From Takakia lepidozioides (Eukaryota > Plantae > Bryophyta): 64,000 bases of DNA. Positions 11,840 to 25,153 of the stretch are shown in pieces. Below the pieces are notes generated by a model that did no database searches, was not told where the DNA came from, and saw only the letters and a program-made list of their open reading frames with translations. Position 1 is the stretch's first letter. Every line of letters starts with the position of its first letter. The stretch lies in the NCBI GenBank assembly GCA_030704615.1, contig CM060732.1:18104001-18168000 (forward strand), read 5' to 3'. Both the position numbers and the translations under genes were made by a program.

Positions 11840-13800
11840 GCGCAAGAGTCTGTCCGGGTGACTTCAGCAGATATTGCCCACCAGATTGCAGCAGACCCTC
11901 CCGAGCAGACTAAACAGAAGACTGCACTTGAGTTTTCCCAGGAGACTTCTTCAAAGTATGCCCGACTATTGGGGAGACTGCAGTTGACCCATCCAAGGCG
12001 GCTGCTGAACAGTCGTTCCAGCAAACTGCTGTAGGGCCCGCCCAGGTGTGTGCCAAGGAGACTTTCCATGAGGCGACAGTTGAGGACGTCCGCAAGCAGA
12101 TTTTGCCTTCGCCGTCTCCATCTGCTCCTGCTCCTGCTAATGTTGGGTCAACAACAAAGACAGGCGGTCTACTCACACCGCCCGATTCTCGTGTTAGTTC
12201 AACGCATGCCATTCGTGAGGCTGCAAGGACTGGACCGGCAAGTGTCAACAAACCGACTGACACTCTTCTGCTGCGCAACAGAGCTGCAACATACAAGTCG
12301 TCCCAGGCATTGTGGCGGAGAGCACCTCCGTTTGAGCAGAAAGAGGAAAAACCCAAAAACGTCCGGCATTGAGGCGGTCAAGGAGACTGGAGAGGGTCAT
12401 GTTCAAAAGAGACCAGCCAGGAAAGACAAGTCTGATGTGTTTATGAACAAGGACCGCCGATTGTGTTTGGACATGGATAAGGAGGTGGCAGAGTTACTTA
12501 AGTCGAAGAAGTAAGTCATATGTGTCTGCTGCTCAGTCGTGTTCTTGCCTTTGTAAGTCTTTGTATCTTCTGGCAGTCTACTGGCTTCTTGTCTGCAGTC
12601 TAGTGAGGACTCTACTCGGTCCGCTCTGACTGTGCCCCACACTTGTGTTTGTCGACTTTGTCAAATGTCAGGTCTGTTGCTCGGTCTGCTGTGACTCTGC
12701 AGTCCACTATCCGAATGTCCACTATCCACTATCCAAATGCCCATTGTTCAAATGTCGGGTCTGTCGGTCGGTCTGCTAAGAGTATGTCTTGACGTCGGTT
12801 TTTGGACTTTCTGGTAATTCAGGTCCCCTCATCGGTCTGCTAAGACTGTGCAGCAGACTGATGTATTTGGACTTTGTGGAATTAGTGGTGTCTTGGTGGG
12901 GTCTGACTGTATGTGTAAGATTGAAAGTCATTTGATGTCCGTACATATAGCCGTTGGGAATAGCATGGTGTATTTTTTCGAAGGAGACTCGCGGTTTCGA
13001 TGTGGCATTGCGCCGGAAGACATGAAAGCACTAAACGTGGTTGAGTCGGAGTGCTCGGACAGACTTTTGGATGTCTGGTGTCGTTTTTTCGAGAACACCC
13101 TAGACTCGAGGACGTATGGCACTGTCGCTCTTTTGCCAACGTTGACGTGGTCTGTTTTCCAGACTTTCGACACAGCCCCACGCGGAACTTTGGTGGCAAA
13201 CCTTGATGGTGCCTTGACTCCTGCGCGACTTGGCAAAGACATTAAAGACTGCACTCATATATTGGTGCTGGTCTTGCAAGGGTAAGACCCGACGGACTTG
13301 TTACATTTTGGAGTCTGCTGAATATTGGGTCTTCTGTGTGTGTTCGACGTGATGGTCTGTTCGACTCTCGTGTGAATTGGACGTGATGGTCTGTTGGACT
13401 CCTGCACTCTTGGACTGTTGGTCTGCTGGACTGCTAGTCCGTTGGATCTGTTGGAGTGCTTTGTCTGTTGGGAAGTTGGCCATTTGGACAGCCAAGTATG
13501 TTGGTCTGTTGGTCTGCAGAGTCTGTTGGGTTTGGGACTAATGAAATTGTCGGGCATGTTCATTTTCACATTGAAGGGGCCACTGGAGCGTCATTATCAT
13601 CGACCTAAGGAAAGGCGCCTATACCCACTTGAACTCCCGAAGGGAACTACATACTTGCATACAGCTCCTTGGTTGGATTCAGAAGGTGCATGCAGGGTGC
13701 TTTGGATGTGTTGTTGGGATTCCACAATGGGATGAAGTAATGGCATTTCAGTTCAACGCTCCCGAAGTGCCCCAACAACCTTTCAGTTGGGAGTGCGACA
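11840..13800 (+). pseudogene. Ulp1/C48 SUMO-protease-like gene carried by a MULE (multi-exon, degraded)
   Basis: DRLLDVWCRFF...DCTHILVLV (12848-13285), HWSVIII near 13581 and EVPQQPFSWEC near 13765-13797, matching the Ulp1 His and Gln/Cys motifs; introns are rich in GTCTG repeats. Confidence 0.6.
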
Positions 13801-13809
13801 GTTCCCTGA

Positions 13810-14420
13810 GAGACTCGCATGCGCGAGTCTGTTGGCAGACTGGACTCGGACCAAGTCCGCTTGCACACTCGCGTGGGCAAGCCCGACTCGGCCGACCAAG
13901 TCGCTGGCAGACTCGCCAGGCCGAGTCCGCCAAAAGACTCGAAGGGGCGAGTCTGCTGGCACCCTTCATGGGTTTGCTGGCAGACTTGGGAGGGGAAGTC
14001 GGCCCGCCAGACCCGTAGGAGTGTCTTGCGACCAAGTTCGTTTAGGGGTTGGTGTGGAGTCTGCTTTGGGCTACTCGGCTGGCAGACACGCTTGCGCTAG
14101 TACCCTGGCAGACTCGCATGCGTGAGTCCGCTGGCAGGCTCGACTCGAAGAGTCCGATGCACACTCGTGTGGGCGAGTCCGCTTGCAGTCAACGGACCAA
14201 GTCCGCTGGCAGACTTGCGTGGGCAAGTCCGCTGGTACACTGAACAGGCCGAGTCCGCTGGCAGACTCGCCAGGCGGAGTCTGGCACAAGACTCGCAGGG
14301 CCAAGTCCGCTGGCACGCTTCATGGGTCTGCTAGCAAACTTGGGAGGGGAAGTCGGCCCGCCAGACCCACAGGCAGTGTCTTACCACCAAGTCCGTTTAA
14401 GGGTTGGTGTGAAGTCTGTT
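13810..14420 (+). repeat. GAGTCCGCTGGCAGACTCG repeat array with an internal duplication of about 300-360 bp
   Basis: More than 12 degenerate copies; 13810-14060 is similar to 14115-14410. Confidence 0.85.
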
Positions 14421-14505
14421 GGAGGTCTCCAACACACTCAGTTGGTGTCCACCGACAATGGGGGGGTTCCCTCTGAAGTGCCTGATGTGGATGTGTTATG
14501 TGTAG

Positions 14506-15748
14506 GGTTGCTTTCAAAGGAGTCCTCATTTTCCTGTGCCTTTGGCATGTCTGCAAGGCATGGGTAAAGCAATCATGCCAGAAGACCAAAGATCCCGTCA
14601 CTGCAGCAAACGTGTTGAAGGATATGGGAGACCTCATGTATTGTAGAGGTGGACCAAATGATCCCAAAAAAACGCTTCTATGGGTTGCCAAAACAATCAG
14701 GGACATGAGAAAGAAATATCGGAATCCCCGGGAATTTTTAAAGTACATCGACAAGGAATGGTCTCCTAAAATAGCAATGTGGTGTACTGTTGCTCGTCAT
14801 GTTCCACATGCCAGTCAAGACACAAATGCTAGCATTGAGGCATACCATGGAAACTTGAAGGCTAGACTGAGGATGGGGAAAGGCAAAATGACTGGTCGAA
14901 GAGTCGATTGGCTAATATGGGAACTCACGGGCCGTGTGCTCACACACTACTGGTACGCAATTCATTTGAAGATGCATGGGTTCATACAGAATGACAAACA
15001 TGAAAAGTACATATCTAGCTCTGTGCTAGCGGCCAGGGACATCCCAGCGAGCAATGTGACTCTACCCTTGGTGGAAGGACAACCAGCGTATGTGCTAAGC
15101 AGCAATCACCCAGACACAACCTACATTGTTTACAACCCTGGATCGGATTGGGTTTCTTGCACTTGCCCATGGGCAATGAAAGACAATTTGTGCAAACACT
15201 AAGTGAAAGTGTTGAAGTTGCTTCATCCCGACTTGCAGGATGGACTCATAGTGCGTGCATGTGGCACGGCGCTCGGAACCGTACATGGAGGATTGCATAA
15301 TCTGATGTTGGATGAAACGACTGTCGCCGGGGAGGTTGGTGCGATGGACAGACCTGTGGAGGATTGTGACTTTGCACCCCTCGAGGAGCCTGTCTACGTC
15401 CAACTGAGTATGGCCAAAGAATGGTCAGATATACTTCGTATTGTGGGTGATGACAAGTACCTCGAGACACATATGCTGTCATGCCTTCAAATATGTAGAG
15501 GGCAGCTTACTGATAACCTGGCCAAAAGTGCTGCTGGGATGCTACATCCTCGTGCAGCAAAACATTTCCGACCTGTTGACGACAATAATAATATGTCTCT
15601 GAAAAGGAAGAGGGATTTCGTCGAAGCATGGAAAACCCGACCCAGAGTCTTGCGGAGAACGCGCAATAGGGTGTATGCCCCAACACCTGCAACGCAAATA
15701 TACTCTAGAATTGTTAAGGTTTTAGATCGTTTCACGGGACCCAAGTAG
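14506..15748 (+). pseudogene. Mutator-like transposase, C-terminal half (CxxH, catalytic E, SWIM finger)
   Basis: FLCLWHVCKAW, DTNASIEAYHGNLK, RRVDWLI, SCTCPWAMKDNLCKH*; begins after acceptor tgtag. Confidence 0.85.
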
Positions 15749-16792
15749 ACAGCATACTCACACAACAAAACAATGTTATGCCATCATATTCCATGCAGAG
15801 AAATAAAGGTCCACAATCTGCTTGAGAGTGCATACATGTTTGCATCATTAACAGCCTGGAAGTGCATTCCATCATAGCTCAGAGCGCTCCACCGTCCAGT
15901 TGCGGAAGACTGGGCATTCTGCTCAACAGACCGCGGAAATTGCCAAACACACTACTGAGCAGACTGCACAACTACAGAATAACACTGGCAAGTCTGCTGA
16001 TGGTTTTGGGCCGATTTAGACACAAAAACAGTCTTGGCTCAATACACTGCGTAGTCTGCAGAGCCCAACAGACATACAGTTGGGACAGACTGGGTGGTCT
16101 TCTGCACTATCCACCGAACTGCTCCCACCGAGCGTAGTCGCCCAGACACGGAGCCCAACTGCACACACATACACTATGCACCAAAGTGTCACCCACTCTA
16201 TCGAGCAGACTGATGAGCGGCCAGCAGACTGTGCGACAGACTGCTCAGCATGCAACAGAGCCAACAGACCGCTCAACGGCCAGCAGATTGGTCAAACAGA
16301 CGGAGACTGTTGTAGTCTGCTAACAGTAGTTAATAGTAGAACCAAGTAGTCTGCTCATGTGAGGACGTGGGGTGGTTGTGTACTGAACTGTATTGTTCGG
16401 CCATTGTATGACTGCTTTTGATGAACTTGCATAGGTGGGGACAGTATGAGTGCATGTAGGCCTTCATCTCAGAAAATATTACAAACATTCAGAATATGAA
16501 TTGAAACAACAATGAATGTATATATTTATTTCCTCAAGGGAGCAGTTTTTCCGCATCGTCCAAACCACGGCGGATATACTTTATACACTGCAATCGCTGC
16601 AGTAACGGAAACCTGAAATTAAACCACCTTGGTGTGAAGGCTTGTCCTCTCTCTTTGGTTTTCTGCCTATCGCCTTTCAGGTAGTTGTAATACCCTTCAA
16701 TGAAAGACATCACGTAAAACCCAGCACACTATGACGACAGTTGCATGCCAGTGGACTTCGACAGTGGTGTCTGTTGGGGTATGGAAGACTCA

Positions 16793-18361
16793 CCTAATAG
16801 CGTTTATTTCAGCGTCCGCATCATCGACAATGAAGGCATTGGGTCGCCAGGTCGGCATATCTGCGTGGAGTCGGTCACGCAAGGCTGTCATCCACGACAC
16901 CAGGTCTGTTGTCATATTCCTGGCGGATATGATGTACGCAACTGGTATACCGTTCAGCCACTCGTCGAAAACCATCAACGTGTACAATGGGAACTGTTCA
17001 GATGCACTATGTCACTATGTCACTTGGTTCCAATGTGCAACATCCTATGAACAATTGATTTGCAGAAATGGTAAGAGGGATGAATCGTACCTTGTGGTGA
17101 TTTGTCCTGAAGGTTGCATCACATGCAACGATACGCGCATGTCCCAATTGAAGCATTATCTGCTTTTGCCACTCAGTTTGAATGCCAATAGTGAATGTCA
17201 AATCTCCATCGTAATGCGCGAAGGTTGGCGCCAATGTTTCTTCTCGATAGAAGAAAACTGATGCGGGGTTCAGGTCTTTCCACATGCGGACGCTGTCGGC
17301 ATCGTTGGCATGCTTTTTGAACATCTGCCACGCCCGTTTCTCAGCCAGGTTGCGGACATCTTGCTCGAGGAGGAAATCATCACGTGTCCATGCATCTCCC
17401 AAACCTGTGTTGTTCATGATGTGCTCCTTGTGTTCCATCATGATTTGTGCGATCGTGAGGCCTCGGCACAAACACTCAACGAACCAGGCTTTCAATTCCT
17501 CGCTAATGCGGGATGCGTAGGCTGCCCGTGTGTTCCTGAACTCTGCGGTCTTGCTATGGGAGGGTTTCCCTAGGGCATCCACGTGCTCCATGTTGTTGTA
17601 GTATGTGAGGACACAAATGTCCGGGGCAAGATAAGATTGCTGCACTTTGAAACAACAAAGGCACCCGCGCTTGTACGATTCTCCGTAGTCCGACTTCTTC
17701 CTTCTTGGGCCTTTATGCGGGTGTTTAGTGCCAGCACCCACATCCGGACCTCCACGCTTTTGTTTTGGATCCTCGACAGTTGCATTGACCGTGCGCTTGT
17801 CGTCGGGTCCGTAGCAGCATTGATACCTGTCAAATGGAATTCAAAATATCAACCTATGGACTTATGGAAGCCACAGTCGGAGACAAATACAAATCACAAC
17901 AACAATGCAGTGACATCCCTAAACCACAATGAGGATGGTGCACACATGATACTGCTCAAGAAGGTGTTCCCTCTCGGAGCTTTCCGCACTCCGGTGTCCA
18001 CTTTACTGTGCACATGTACCCAATATTGAGTGGGGAAGTCCTCCACACTCTCCTCTCCATGGACGAAGTCCGGAACTCTATCCCAAGATATACAGGCCTT
18101 TTTAACACGCACTTGCACCACCCCAAACCCATATTGCGTTTCACACTTCCAATGGAGGTCCTTATTGTTGAAAGGTCTTGGTTTTGGTGTTTGCAAACTT
18201 TGTCGAAGAGGGCGTATAAGCCGGCTCTCAAATTGCTGCATGTAATCGGCTTCCGCTCCTACGTCCATGCCCTGTACAGTGCAGAACACACGCTCCAGAA
18301 CCTGCAACGAAAACGCCGCAGGACACGATGGAGAACGTGCACGGAGAAACATGACCCACAT
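16793..18361 (-). pseudogene. Mutator-like transposase, N-terminal half (plant SWIM-MULE family)
   Basis: ISWDRVPDFVHGEE, KRGCLCCF..H, TRDDFL, FTIGIQTEWQ, ACDATF.TN, FPLYTLMVFD, FIVDDADAEINAIR|gtgag; spliced exons. Confidence 0.85.
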
Positions 18362-20557
18362 TTACAGCTGGTGGCAGATGGCAGGCGGCAGAGATAAGGC
18401 CCTAAATTAGAGGGCTGCGATGGGATTCGTCCAGGACGGCCCAGATCTTGCGGGCGGGCGGACTAGCGGGAGCGGACCTGCCGCATTGGACTAGCCCCAG
18501 CGGACCTACTGCAGCGGAGCGGCCGGTGGACGGACCCCGGGCGGGGCAGCCGCGGCTGGTGCAACCGCGGCAGCAGCGGCGGGCGTGGGCAACCGCGGGC
18601 AGTGGCAGGCGGGTGGGCGTGGGTGGGAGGGCGCCCCTCGTCCGGACGACGGGCCCACCATCCTTGTCGCACGCTTGCATTCATGACCCTATTATTGTAA
18701 ATTGAGAGGCGACCATAATATGCAGTGGACCATCCACAAAGGGTGGAAGGAGGTGCACGTATAACTAGGACTTGTAGCCCCAGATTACTCAAATCAGCTT
18801 TCTACGCCACATCAATCATCGATTACACTTGATAGGTTGCCAACAAAGATTACTGTAAGTGAGGAACTTGCCTGGACTAAGACTAAAAATGCTCTTGTGG
18901 TGTGTCTCAGGCAGTCCTAATGCAATGGCCTTATCCAATTTCTTTTCTTACCTTGCAAATGGCAGCATCAATTGTGGTGGTCTATGCTTTGAGGTCCGAG
19001 GGTGTAGTCGCTATGCAGCCTTTGCAGCTGAGAGTTGCAAACGCCTTTTTTCTCGTGCTCTTCTTTTACGACACAAATGTTGGATTTGCATTGGTATCAG
19101 TGAAGTCCAAGAGTCTACACTGAACAACAAACTTCAAGAAGACATCCTCTAGTGAAAGTTGGACTTTGGCGTGCTCCAGGAAACTGCCGAATCCAAAATA
19201 TCTAATAATAAACTGATTATTACACAACCCAAGATTCTAGTGACATATAAGTTAACCATTAGAAGCAGGTGACGGTGAGTACATCTACAGTGTAAATGAA
19301 ACACGCTGCATCAAATCAACATTGGTAGTATGTGTCACACTAAATGTCCGAATAAACATGATTGACCTTCAAGTTCATAATACTGAGAAAACAAGTTCAA
19401 TTGGAACTTTTGACTTCTGAACAAGCCTAGCTTGGAATCCCAAAAGTCCTTAAAAGAAGTGCATGATATCCAAATTGTGTAGGCACAGCTACCATTCTAC
19501 CATTCAGCTACCAAGTTTGCTTCATTCAAGGATGACTACAGATACAACCATTCAGGCAGAATGTGGAAAACCTGTGTACATAAATTTCTCTCCAAGTCCC
19601 ACTCTAACTGGGAACAGTACTGGGGTGAGAAAGCAAGCAACACAAGCAACAGCAGCTGAATAATACTCCAACCTGAATATATGTGTGTTCTCAACCTGAG
19701 AGCTGTGTTTTATATTCTGTCTGACCACACATAAGGCAGTAGCATACAACAGAAGATGTGAACAAAAGGCTTCAGTCAGAAAACTCAGGAACCAACCATA
19801 GGATGCAGTAGCTTGGCAACAATAGTTTTATTACAACGCAAAATTGCTTGCCATGTCTGAAGGTCTTTGATAATGTGGATGTCCCCAATCTTCTAGGATG
19901 CATCTACACGACCCTGATCATCGAGTTCCAAACTCAACACCAAAAGCCAGCCCTTGTAACTTCTGAATTGCTATGGATATCAGGAAGTGGAAGGATGATG
20001 ACACATTTGGCCTGAAAAAGGTGCTCATCTATTTCTCAGAAGCTAATGCACTCATATACTACTCCTTGCACAAGTTCAATATGTAAGTTCAAAAAATATA
20101 GGATGCTACAAAATAAGTGTCCAACAGTGCTGTCTGTTCAGATTTAAAAAATGGCAGAATCCTCATCGAGGTTTAGCATCTTGTTGTTGTTGTTGTTGTT
20201 GTGGTTGCGGTTGTGCACACGCTGCCTCGGTGTTGGTCCAGAGCTTCTAGGCCTGGCAGCATCAATAAAGCTCCGAATATTTGCAATGAACTGACACCAT
20301 ATCCATAGTGCCAGAAGTGTATTTGTGCATTGCTTATAAAACACCTGTACACATAGGGATAAAATGGCCACATGCAAGATGATGCAATGATCTGAAAGGG
20401 TCCAAAAAGTCCATCACATAAGCAACAGGTAGAGACCTGACATACAATAGCACATTATTGTACTCAAAGAACAATGACAATTAGACAGAATCTAATGTCC
20501 ACGAGATCTAGCCAAGACACCATGCTTTTGCATAGTGTGGAAAAAATGCCATATTAC

Positions 20558-22117
20558 CTCCTCCTCAACGCGCCGGAAATGAATGGTTGCACACTATTTG
20601 TTGTGTTCAACTTTGGCTCCCTCAATCTCTTTTGTGCTCTCTATTAAAATGGTGCACACCTGCATCGCATTCCCGAAACCCCAATCAAACTGTCATTACC
20701 CATCTTGACAACTGCCCACTGAATTAGCACTTGCCTAAACTGGATGTACTGGGTTGATGTCAGTGGACCTCCATACCTTCTATCTTCCACAAAAAGACCA
20801 ACGACTCCCACTGACCATGTTTAGAATGCGATTTACTGCACCGTTGTCAAAGGAGTTCCAACTGGATTCCCTGACATTTCCGAGAGGGCTTCTATTCTCA
20901 AAATTGCAGGCCTTTGCATTCATAAGGAACAAGAAGGCCAAGGCTTTGTGTGCTCCTTCATTTTGCTAGCTAGAGACAAGGAACAGTGACCAACACTACA
21001 AAATGTATAGATCCTAAACTTCTATAACCCACATAGATTGGCCCACTGACAAGAAGCAATCAAGTCAAGCGACACTGAAAGAAACCACAAGGCTTAAGGT
21101 TTCACATGCAACGTATCTTATCTATCAAGGGGAGATATTCACTAGCTGGCTGAAAAAAGACAACCTCGTTCCCTTGTACACCATCACAAATTACAGTATT
21201 AATGAGTTCACAAATTATAGTTTTAATGAGGCTCAGACTGTAATACATGCAGGCAAGAGGAAATGTGCAGACCAGAAATGTACCTTGTGGTCTTTGGTTT
21301 GCCCATTGGAGCCATTGGCTGGTCCCATAATGTCCATGCCATGACTCCGATGTCGCGTACCTCACTTCGGTAAGCTCCCCTTCAAGTCATAGTTACTCGC
21401 TTTGATGTGCAAGCCTAACTCCCAAACTGGCCGCCGGGCCAACTCGGAGCTTTGGCTGCTCACCAGGACATAACGGTCCCCCTTTGCTCCTCCAAAAGAC
21501 CCTCCACCAATTTGGGTCTAGTGGAAATTCCCTTTGGTAGATGGCAGTCCAGAATAGCTCCCCACTCCTTGGTCGCTTTCCGGCTTGCTCGCTCACTCAC
21601 TAGTTTTTGGTCACCAACGGGCTTGCACCGTTCTCGGGGTTACTACTCCCTATATATACTTCGGTGACTGTCCGCGGGGGTTTCACAAACAACCCTGCCA
21701 TTTTATGGCGAACCACCACGAAGACCCTTGACTCCCGGTGATGAGTCGCGGTGAGTCATGGCCCACCCACCACGGCCCCATTGGACCGTGATGAGTCCCA
21801 AGACTCCCCACGACTCCCACCACAAGGTCTCCACCCCATGGTGAGTCCTATGCCACCCCCACTAAGTCCCACTAAGCTACCACCACCCCTTGTGGAGCCA
21901 CCCCCACCGCAACCCGGTGTGCGGGGCTCCACCTAGTGAGCGCCTCCGCCTCCTTGAGTGCCTTGGGCACTCAAGGGTGCTTCAGCCCCTAGTACCTATT
22001 GCTGCCACCGCCCCCACCACAAGGGCAGCCCCTCTGCGTCCCGACCCCCTGCCCTCAAGGCAAAGGGCCGCGACACCCGACGTAGAATAGCTCTGCTAAC
22101 TATACAAAATCATAAAC
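20558..22117 (-). pseudogene. TPP: Trehalose-6-phosphate phosphatase (plant class III TPP) gene remnant, three exons
   Basis: Exons encode VYDFV*LAELFYVG|SHGMDIMGP, GNEVVFFQPASEYLPLIDK and VCTILIESTKEIEGAKVEHNK*CATIHFRRVEEE, mostly with GT-AG borders; in-frame stops; split by a solo LTR. Confidence 0.85.
21351..22075. mobile_element. Solo LTR (725 bp), copy 2, inverted relative to copy 1
   Basis: TGTCGCG...CGCGACA termini; 5-bp TSD TCCGA/CCCGA. Confidence 0.9.
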
Positions 22118-25100
22118 CTGTGCCAACAGAGTTGAGGGGACGATGTTTGGTAAGACCACTCTCCCTTGGGATCTAAGAGGTACTTAGACAGAGCAAGTTC
22201 TTTTCTCAGGGTTTCAAGTTGGCTGGAATATACTCTCATTCTACCCAGCAAAGAAAATGAAATAGGCCGGAGGGGGATTTGGCTTGCTGATAGTGACTAA
22301 TCATCAGGATGGGAGGAAAAAGCGATATCTTCACCAACTGCAGCACTGCCGTTGCCAGCTTGGTCTTAAAAAAATAGAAAAAAGACGAAGGAACATGGGC
22401 ATGATCAGTGGGGGCCCTCGGCAGCAGAATCAGTGATTGACAGCCGGCCTGGGTCTACTATTACATTTTCCCTAGCTAGTCATGGCAGGTACTCTCAAAT
22501 CTATGGGCACCTAAGGCCAAACTTGGTTGTCCAATACTCTGAGCAATAAAATGGGACACCTACCGCCACGGTGAACAAGATGCCAAAACCATAGCAAGCC
22601 AGAGTTCGTCACTAGATCAGCCAAAACCATCAAAACTTGCGCACAGGAGCTGTGCTGGAAGTCAGAATCAAAAGCTCACTCACTTCCGCAGGAAGCCTTG
22701 GGAGGGAGGGCAGATAGAAATAGAGAATGTACTTATGAGACGTTGCTTGCAGTAGCCTCTTGCGCACACCCGAGCTCCACAAAAGCATACAGCCTCCTGC
22801 ACACACCCAAAGCTCCACGAAAAAACGGAGAGCTCCACGGGACGGTCTTCCCCGCGGGCAACTGCCCGAAACTAACGGACGTATCACGTAGGATGGTTAA
22901 ATCTAGCTGCACGGGAGGGGGACTGCTAAAACGAAAGGGGAGTGTTAGCTAAATCTAGCTAGTGTTAAATATAGCACAATCTAACAGTCTGACCAGTGCG
23001 GCCGCAACTTAACGATAACCACAGCTAAGTATAACGTAACAGGCCCTTTAATAGCTGGTGCGGCCGGGGCCTTAGCTACATCCCCATCTTCTTGCTACTC
23101 TAAAGAAGGTCACTGCATAGCCTATGTGTGAGTTTGGAACATGAGGACCTGGTTAAGCATATATATCTTAACTCTAATCCAGTATTGAAGCAAGTTATCT
23201 CTTCTGGTCATGCATTTTGGCTATAGTGCCTGACTTTGATCTGTTTGTCCTTTATGAATCTATCACCGTATTGATATTTAACATCCGGATGCCTCTCCTC
23301 TCCACAAAATCCCTAACTCTCTCCTTATGGCACTTCCTGATTTGCTCATCCAGAATGCTGAAGCTCCATCTCTCTTCGCTGTAGATGTTTGGCATGTCGA
23401 AGGCGGTATCGAATGGAGGAGGGACCCCGTCGTCCGCAGCTCCTGTGGAGAGCGTGATGTCCAGACTAGTAACAACATCCGATTAGCACGTCTCGGTTTT
23501 TGGGTTGTGTATGGGAAAAGTGGCCCATGTCTTGATGAAGAGCTTATTGTACAACTCGTTTTTTGGTTGAACTTGATGACCTTTCCAATTAGATGCGCGG
23601 TTGCTGTTAATGCACTTTTTGATTCTGAGCCACACTGTTTTGCATCAGGCTGTAGTGGAAGTAGAGAGAGAAGACTCCGGCCGGAGCCGGCGTAACTAAG
23701 AGCCACTTCACCTTTCGGCTACTGCCCCTGTCGGGGGTGGGCCCTATTGTAGTGGAAGTATAGGGAGGTTGGGTAGAGGGAGACATCTTCTCTTTGGATT
23801 ACTGCTGCGATTGTGTACATACAGCACTTAGATAGTATGGGTGTAAAAATTGATCATCTTGGTGAAGAGTTTTTGCCCAATCATGGGTTTATAGTTTAAA
23901 TTTTTTTCTTTGAGCGTATCAATGTGTTTTCCCTTCTGACAATGTTTAATTTTGCCTACTATATGTGGCCATGCATCTGATACATTGCTGGTGCGGTACA
24001 TGTATATTGAAGGGTGAATCCAACAGCTTATTGAAGTTTCCACATAATACATCAGCACTGCTATTTCGAACCATGTGGTGAGAAGTTTTGACACAAATAT
24101 TGAGAAGGTTCCGTGACCATCTTTAGAGATCTTACAGATTAGCAAATGATTTTCAAGGACATTGTCCTACATAGTCATGGTTGACCAGGCCCCACATGCT
24201 TGCAGAGGAAACCACCCCCTTAGCTACTGTCTAGTTTTTCAACCAAAATAATGCTTAAACTGCCTGTTTGTATCTGTCTCCTGTGTAACCCAGGCTGGAG
24301 ATGGGACAATACATTTGGGTATGATGTAAAGGACAGCTAGTTTCCATATGTAATGGGTACTGATTTTGTGCATGAGTCTTAATATGCCCATCATTGGAAT
24401 CCTCTCTACTAGTAGTCAATAGTCTTTGCTCTGCTGAACGTGTGAACAGCTTGACCTTGCACATTAAAGCCACAAAAATTCTAGGTGCTATGAAGGGGCC
24501 GGGTAAGGCTTGTTGCACGTCAGAATGAGCCATTGCTGGTATAAGTGTTAAGCAGGCCTGGGCCAATGTGGCCCAAAAGTGCCTAGCCTGAAGTCAACGA
24601 CGCAACGGCGTGAGCGCCGCGCGTGAGCGTGTGAGCGTACGCTCACACAATGGTGATGTGGCGTGAGCCTACGCTCACGCCAGCTGACGTGGCATGAGCA
24701 TGCTGAGGTGGTCTAGGTATGCTGATGTGGCACTAGGGCAGCCATCGCCACGTCAGCATAAACATAGGGCACCTATAACCGAGGGTCCTATATCCGCGGA
24801 CTTCGTTCATGAACACATTGAACCTAAGAACCGCAAATGACAAATGGCTGCACACCTGGCCTTTCATATTCATATCTTGCACTACAAGGTTAAAGGTTTG
24901 GAGAGGGAGTATTAAAGTGCCACCACTCGCAAGCGGAAGCACCTTTGCCTTCATAGCTAGGAGTGCCGGGTGTGTGATGACTTTCTTCTTGCACACCTTC
25001 AAAATCCAAGTTGGCTTCTCAGCACAAGTGTTTGGAAGACTCTTCAACAACTACTAGTACAAATGAAATCACAAACCATTCGCATCCAATACATTTTATT

Positions 25101-25153
25101 GCTGGATGAATATATGCAACAAATTGCAGACACTTGTTGAAACTCATAGTGGC

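Noticed and set aside
13629-14476. Multiple overlapping ORFs
   Set aside because: Most are products of a GC-rich repeat array lacking stops; only the start of 13629-14018 overlaps the Ulp1 exon
11113-22075. One 11-kb element with 725-bp TIRs
   Set aside because: Each copy has its own TG...CA ends and its own TSD, so they are independent solo LTRs
22511-23074. Harbinger/Tourist MITE bounded by CTAAGGCC...GGCCTTAG
   Set aside because: The inverted match is only 8 bp and the flanks differ; only the right end looks like a TIR
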